DNA from: Minisyncoccia bacterium
GTDB taxonomy: Bacteria > Patescibacteriota > Minisyncoccia > UBA6257 > 2-01-FULL-56-20
DNA: 61,786 nt
NCBI GenBank assembly: GCA_050008535.1
Contig: JBEKML010000003.1
Coordinates: 1-61,786 of the forward strand
Direction of reading: 5' to 3'
A model generated the notes under the pieces. That model did not search any database and was not told the DNA's origin. It saw only the letters and a list, made by a program, of their open reading frames with translations. Shown piece by piece: positions 56,526-61,786 of the stretch (position 1 is the first letter of the stretch; every line of letters starts with the position of its first letter). The translations under genes and the position numbers were made by a program.

Positions 56526-59500
56526 CTAAGTTGAGCTTGCGTTGTCGGCGGTGGATGTCGGCGTGAGATCTGGGGCTGGAGCGGTTGATGTCGGGGTTGA
56601 GGTTGCGGTGTCGGGCGTCGTTGAGGTCGCGGCGGGGGTAGTAGATGTCGGCGTGAGGTCTGGGGCCGGGACAGTCGAAGTGGGGGTTGAAGTGGCATTG
56701 TTTGCTACGGTGACCGAGACGCTTGCGGTGGAAGTGGCACCGGTGCTATCCGTCACGAGCGCCGCGACGGTATGGCTGCCATCCTCAATGGTCGCGGTAT
56801 TCCACCCATACGAGTATTCAGGGTTGTTCGTCCAAAGACCTTGGCCGAGGTCGTTGCCGTCGATCTGGTAATCAACGCTTGAAACGGTCGTTGACGGTGT
56901 AAGCGTGATATTTACATCAAACTCGGTCGTACCCGAAACGGTGCTGCCATCGGTAGGTGCGGCGAGAGAGATGCCGAGCGCGTCGCCGGTTGTGATGTTC
57001 GCCGGCAGCGTGGGACTCGCTGATCCGCCGCCCGACCCGCCGGATCCGCCCGAGCCGCCAGACGAGCCGTTTGTACCCGGGTTGTTCATTTGCGCGATAA
57101 GCCGGGCAAGCTGGTCCTGGTTCACACACGTCGTGCCGACGCAGAGTTCGTCCGTTGTGATCTTGCTTGCGATAAGCTGTTGCACCCGCGCGATGCCGTT
57201 CATGACGAAGAGGCCGAGCTTCTGGAGCGCGTACTTAATATAGAGGGTGAACTGGTCAAGAATGCTGCCGCCCGTCCCGCCTGCGGTAGAGGTCGCCGCG
57301 GCAGTCGCCCAGCTGGACGATGCAATATCTCCCTCCGTGGTCAATCCGCCCATTGACCAGTTGGGATTTATGAACGTTAGGACTGTCCCCGTAGCGCTCG
57401 GCTCGGTTGATGTAAAGCTTTCCATCGCAATGCCAAGGACCCTTCCCGGTTGAGTCGCTTTCATACCGTATCCCGGAACGTCCGATGAGGTGATATAATC
57501 GCCTATTGTAATCGGGCCGTTTTCGCCGGTAACCTTCACGGGAACCCTTCCGGCGAGCGCGATGATATTTACACCGTTATCGCTTTCTCCCCCGCCCACG
57601 AACGATGCCGTCACCGTGATAGCGCCAGAAAGGTCAGGGTCATAAGGCACTTGGGACTTTTGAAATAGTTCGGTTCCCGACGTGGCAACGGAAAGAAGGT
57701 CTCCCGCCTCGTAATCACTGCTGCTCCCAACGACATTGATGAACTCGCCGAAGTCGTTGGCAGGGCTTATTACTTTACCTTTGGCAACGATCGAATTGCC
57801 GGTTGTCGCATTGTTAGTCGACCCGACCCACATGACCGTGCCGGTCGTCACCGTTGTCGAGAATGTGCACGCAATACTACTGCTCGTCCCCGAAGCAAGC
57901 GGACAGACCGTAAGTGTCGTCGAACCGTTGAAGGGCGCGGTATAGCTCGCATAAAGAAAATTGGTATTATAAAGAAGATTGTTGCCGCCCATCACGACTT
58001 GAGCCGGTATGGTAACCGTACTACTTACCGTATCAACGTTGATCAAAGTAGCAGCAGCAGTCAGGTTACTTGAAAATATAGAATTACTGATGTTGAATGC
58101 GCTATTGGAAAGTCCTGCGGCGCCCGTGCCCAAAGTAGAGTTCTGCACATCAAATGGTGCATAAAGGAGAGCGCTATACAGGGCTTCCGCTATGAGGGCG
58201 TGTCCTTGGTCATTAGTATGAAGCGCATCAGTTGAAAAATTACTCGGGTTTTTTCCGATTGGAGTATCTTCGTCAACATACATGACCGAGCTCGGAAATT
58301 CGTTCACCACTTCCCGTATTGCGCCATTTATGACGGCTATGTCAGTGTCATTGACATTCGGAATTGTCGCAAGACCAGTGTAGTTCGGCTCATGGTTGAC
58401 ATTCAGAACAAGCGTAGGAGTGGGAGTCGTGGCCTCAATCTGGTAATAGTCAAAAGCAGTCGTGCCCGATACGTTCGTAATGAAATCCACTATCTTGTGT
58501 TGAGCAGTGACTCCGGTCAGACAACCCGAAGTGCCCGTGGCATCCCCTGGAGGAATGTTAAACCGCCGGACAACGCTAACAACAGCGAGCGTTGATGTCC
58601 CATCCACGCTTAACATACTTCTTGTATCCATTATGGTCGTGGTTGCACCGTCCACGCTGAACGAATGGACGGCCCCTGAACTGTCCGACCTTGCGATGAT
58701 GCCCATGTCCACCGTCCCTCCTGTATAGTTAAAATCTAAAGGAAGACAAACTTGAACCGAGGCGGTACTTGTGGTTTGAGCATATCCTCTCCCAGAGTTG
58801 GTGGTGGTTGTTGCGATAATTGCCCAGTTACCCGTTGGATAAGAAACCGAACTGCTGGCGGTTGTTGCAGTTGAACTTGTTTCCTCAAAAACCGCCGATG
58901 CCTGGTAGCGGGCAATGATGGTTCGCATCCCTTCCTTGAAATCTTCAAGACGGCACGTGGAGGTGGCATAGAAACTGCATCCAACCGTATTGTTCATTGT
59001 TCCCGAAGTAAAGCTAAGGTTTAACTGGTTAACATCGTTAATGCCATAATTGAGCACGCCCAGGAAATTCGGACCGTTGTAAGGAGCCGCCGGATGTGTT
59101 ATCCCCATCGGAAACATCCGATTTCTTGGCGGGATTATTTGCTGAAGAACAGCACCATAACCGCCGTCTACGGTACCCACTTTATAACCGGTATATGCCC
59201 GGGCAGAGACGATCCCGTTGTTTATCACTTGCGCGTGAAGCATGGTGCCCAAACGATTCATATAATTATTGAAAACGTTTGATACGCCACCAGTGCCAAC
59301 AAAAACCGACCCCATATTAGAATGCCCGCTGCCCACTATAAATCCGATATGATTCACGATATCGCTTCCGCATAATATTGTACCGCTGGCATCGGTCACG
59401 AGAGAATTACAAGAAGTAAGCTGGGAAGATCTTATTAAAGAAGCATCGAAATTGATCGTACCATCATAATAATTTACAGGAGTAGTATAATTACTAACCA

Positions 59501-61013
59501 TTATTGATGAAGAGACGGCTTGGAGTGCTACTGCATCGATATAAAATTTGTGGGGTGTATTGTCTAATTGCCGGATATAAAGATACTGGTTCACCGCTCC
59601 CGGAGTAAAACTGCACTGATAACGGTTCCACATATTTGAAGCTGGCGGTTGGGTGATCGGATTCGGGGTCAGAAAACAGTCGGTATCGTTCGAACCATTG
59701 AAGTATCCTGCGGCAAAAGTGTTGAATAAATCACCCGTTGAGGTGGTGAAGAGAGTGCTTGAAGGGTCAAGAAACACAGAGAAAGAAAGAGTGTAGGTCG
59801 TGGATGCGACAAAGGTATAGTTATATTTCACGCCGTCCGCTGCCGTGGCGGTTGTGCTGACCACCATTGAATAAGGAGAATCTAAGAAACGGGTGGTCGT
59901 CGCCGCGATAGTGGCGCTGCCTTTTGCTAGCCAACCCGTTGTCGTCGCGGCATCAAAATCGTCGTTAGAAATAAAGTTGGGCAGATTCGTGATGGTGTTG
60001 ATGGTAAGCATGGTGTTCTGGCTTGTGGGATTCATAACGACCAAGCCCGCCGTGGAACTGACGGAAAACATAGCGGCCCCGGAGGAAGCTATTTTGAACA
60101 CAGTGGATGAGGCAAGCTGGAAATTCAGGAAATCGGCCCCGCCGGTGCTGGTTGGTTGGTTCACGCTCAAATAGGTGCCGGAAGCGTTGCCGCCGCTCAA
60201 AAGATAACCGAGCCGGACCAGGGAGGAGGTAGTGCGCTGGCCCGGGGCGCCGGCCGCGGCAATTGCCGTATCCCAGCCGGTATCAATATAGATTGCGCGT
60301 TCCAATCCGGCGCCCCCAGTGCCGATCGAATCTATCTTGATGGCATTCATGATTATGCCGCTGGTTGCGGTAGAGGTGGCGACCACCCTGAATCCATTCC
60401 AGGTGCTCGAGGCGACTGTGCCGGGGGTAATATCAATTCTTTCAGCGGAAGACTCAACCGAGGCAGCGCCCCCGACATAACTTATTTGCAATCCGCTCAC
60501 TCCGGTGGAGGTGGCGGGGAACCCAACGTTGGAAATAACCACTTGGTCGGCAGTGGGCACCGCTGAAGCGGCAACCACTAACTGACTGGCTGGAGAAGAG
60601 GTCCCGATGCCGACGTTGCCGTTCGATAAGACCGTTAAGATGTTACTTGTGGAGGCGATGACGAAGATGGAACCTGCCGGGAATGTCGTCGTGCCGATGG
60701 CGATCCCCGTGGAAGAGCCGTACATCGTTGAGGTTCCCGAAAGTCCTCCTGTTGTGGTGGACCAATATGGGAAATAGTATTGACTGATAGCCGAAGAGCT
60801 CGAGATCGCGCCGGTCCCGCCGCCGCAGGAGCCGTTCGCCGCGGCCGTTATAATTCCCGACGAGCTGACGGTAAGATTGGTGCAAGTATAGGAACTCGAC
60901 GCCACGCCGGAATTGGTAAGCGAGAAGGTCGTCGAGCCGTTCGTGATGCTTGAAGTGATGTTCCCGCTCCCCGCAAGGGTGAAGGCGGTGCCCGAGAAAC
61001 CGTTGATCGTCAC
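56526..61013 (-). CDS. giant fibre-like surface protein with CBM-like, SGNH-hydrolase-like and Ig-like regions
   Basis: 1495 aa with a GTG start and no signal peptide. GNVGIGTSSPASQLVV tail-fibre-type motif; a CBM4/9-like stretch (aa ~350-500); GSGHSN / GIND / DALHTNDQGH (SGNH blocks I, III, V); GGS linker; T/P-rich C-terminus. Confidence 0.7.
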   Translation of the reverse strand: MTINGFSGTAFTLAGSGNITSSITNGSTTFSLTNSGVASSSYTCTNLTVSSSGIITAAANGSCGGGTGAISSSSAISQYYFPYWSTTTGGLSGTSTMYGSSTGIAIGTTTFPAGSIFVIASTSNILTVLSNGNVGIGTSSPASQLVVAASAVPTADQVVISNVGFPATSTGVSGLQISYVGGAASVESSAERIDITPGTVASSTWNGFRVVATSTATSGIIMNAIKIDSIGTGGAGLERAIYIDTGWDTAIAAAGAPGQRTTSSLVRLGYLLSGGNASGTYLSVNQPTSTGGADFLNFQLASSTVFKIASSGAAMFSVSSTAGLVVMNPTSQNTMLTINTITNLPNFISNDDFDAATTTGWLAKGSATIAATTTRFLDSPYSMVVSTTATAADGVKYNYTFVASTTYTLSFSVFLDPSSTLFTTSTGDLFNTFAAGYFNGSNDTDCFLTPNPITQPPASNMWNRYQCSFTPGAVNQYLYIRQLDNTPHKFYIDAVALQAVSSSIMVSNYTTPVNYYDGTINFDASLIRSSQLTSCNSLVTDASGTILCGSDIVNHIGFIVGSGHSNMGSVFVGTGGVSNVFNNYMNRLGTMLHAQVINNGIVSARAYTGYKVGTVDGGYGAVLQQIIPPRNRMFPMGITHPAAPYNGPNFLGVLNYGINDVNQLNLSFTSGTMNNTVGCSFYATSTCRLEDFKEGMRTIIARYQASAVFEETSSTATTASSSVSYPTGNWAIIATTTTNSGRGYAQTTSTASVQVCLPLDFNYTGGTVDMGIIARSDSSGAVHSFSVDGATTTIMDTRSMLSVDGTSTLAVVSVVRRFNIPPGDATGTSGCLTGVTAQHKIVDFITNVSGTTAFDYYQIEATTPTPTLVLNVNHEPNYTGLATIPNVNDTDIAVINGAIREVVNEFPSSVMYVDEDTPIGKNPSNFSTDALHTNDQGHALIAEALYSALLYAPFDVQNSTLGTGAAGLSNSAFNISNSIFSSNLTAAATLINVDTVSSTVTIPAQVVMGGNNLLYNTNFLYASYTAPFNGSTTLTVCPLASGTSSSIACTFSTTVTTGTVMWVGSTNNATTGNSIVAKGKVISPANDFGEFINVVGSSSDYEAGDLLSVATSGTELFQKSQVPYDPDLSGAITVTASFVGGGESDNGVNIIALAGRVPVKVTGENGPITIGDYITSSDVPGYGMKATQPGRVLGIAMESFTSTEPSATGTVLTFINPNWSMGGLTTEGDIASSSWATAAATSTAGGTGGSILDQFTLYIKYALQKLGLFVMNGIARVQQLIASKITTDELCVGTTCVNQDQLARLIAQMNNPGTNGSSGGSGGSGGSGGGSASPTLPANITTGDALGISLAAPTDGSTVSGTTEFDVNITLTPSTTVSSVDYQIDGNDLGQGLWTNNPEYSYGWNTATIEDGSHTVAALVTDSTGATSTASVSVTVANNATSTPTSTVPAPDLTPTSTTPAATSTTPDTATSTPTSTAPAPDLTPTSTADNASST

Positions 61014-61786
61014 GTTACCACTGGTTGAGAGGTGACGTATTGGTTGCCGTTCACGTCAACAGCGTTGCCCAAGGCCCAGGCACCGGTCTTGTAGAAGAGG
61101 GTGCCCGTGGCAAGTGATGGGAGGGCCTTGCCCTGGAGGCCCGTTATGGTGAGCGAGGGCGTGAGCGAGACCGCGCCCGACGTGGTCCCCGAAACGTCGC
61201 CCGATGCCGTGAAGGTGATCGATTGGTTGCCCGAGATATATCCCGGGTTCGTCCAAGTGAGGGTGTTGCCCGAGAAGGAGAGCCCTGTGCCGCCGAAGGT
61301 TGTGGTCTGGACCTTGCCGTTCGTGTCGGCGGAGAGGAGGGTGCCCGTGATGCCTGTGAATATCGTGGACGAATTGAAGGTGGTGGTCGCCACATGCGTG
61401 ATGGCCGCGGTCCAGGTGACGGAGCTTGCCGCCGTCACGTAGCCAACATTGTTCGCCCACTGGCCGATGGAGCTTGTGGCGAAGTTGTTCACGGTCAAGC
61501 CGGTCGAGGTCGTAAGGAAGGGCGTCGAGGTCGTGATGACCTTGCCGTTCCCGTCAACCGCGAGGAACGCGTTCGTGAGGCCGGTAAGGATCGTCGAACT
61601 GTTGAAGGTGGCGGTGGCGACGAAGGTCTGTGCCGCACCCCACGTAAGGGCGGTGGACGTGCTGAAGGTGAGCGTGATCGTCCCGTTGTTGGCGAGCTTG
61701 CCCGCACCCCCCAGCGGGCCTACGGTCGCAATGGTGATAGAAGCATTGTAGGTGGAGGTGACAATGAAGCCGGAGTCATTGTTCCA
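61010..61786 (-). CDS. repetitive fibre-like protein, 5'-truncated by the window edge
   Basis: My hand translation shows the frame stays open from 61786 down to the TGA at 61010. The track reports only 61010..61498 from an internal TTG. T/S/G-rich modules resemble the N-terminus of the next ORF. Confidence 0.65.
   Translation of the reverse strand, partial: WNNDSGFIVTSTYNASITIATVGPLGGAGKLANNGTITLTFSTSTALTWGAAQTFVATATFNSSTILTGLTNAFLAVDGNGKVITTSTPFLTTSTGLTVNNFATSSIGQWANNVGYVTAASSVTWTAAITHVATTTFNSSTIFTGITGTLLSADTNGKVQTTTFGGTGLSFSGNTLTWTNPGYISGNQSITFTASGDVSGTTSGAVSLTPSLTITGLQGKALPSLATGTLFYKTGAWALGNAVDVNGNQYVTSQPVVT

Noticed and set aside
61010-61013. UGA recoding (genetic code 25 or 4) to fuse the two fibre ORFs
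   Set aside because: TGA ends clearly complete housekeeping genes here (for example the ABC ATPase at 18572 and comEC at 10565). Reading through this TGA also stays in the wrong frame for the downstream ORF.

Overview
This 61.8-kb fragment reads like a Candidate Phyla Radiation / Patescibacteria (Parcubacteria-like) chromosome. All calls come from reading the sequence and the supplied translations; no searches were run, and domain names rest on recognised motifs. The backbone is about 53-55% GC by hand count and is tightly packed with housekeeping genes: partial 16S, rplS, secDF, trmD, split comEC, ppsA / eno / glycerate kinase / 2-hydroxyacid dehydrogenase, greA, obg, ftsW-murG, gltX, murC, typA, rpmA, rplI and def-fmt. 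Four kinds of accessory material interrupt it. (1) A low-GC islet at 1.5-2.8 kb carries a LAGLIDADG endonuclease, tRNA-Leu(GAG) and a small HEPN-motif protein. (2) A low-GC 3.6-kb island at 28.5-32.1 kb carries one operon (OLD-family ATPase-Toprim nuclease, xseA, xseB). Two 144-nt, 95% identical, highly structured palindromic elements in inverted orientation bracket it. This is my top candidate for something undescribed. A 17-nt motif, AGTTCGAACATCGTCCA, sits at the right-hand GC boundary of both low-GC segments. (3) Three GC-rich orphan genes have their own near-consensus promoters, strong Shine-Dalgarno sites and mostly their own hairpin terminators. (4) A minus-strand cell-surface block of more than 15 kb holds a sortase, an LPNTG protein, DUF3494-like proteins, a cohesin/cohesin/dockerin trio and a fibre-like CBM+SGNH giant protein that runs off the window. 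The 16S fragment lacks the universal decoding-centre block and the CCUCC tail. Many backbone genes have a -10 hexamer only 6-9 nt before the start codon, which suggests leaderless mRNAs. I found no CRISPR array, transposase or integrase.
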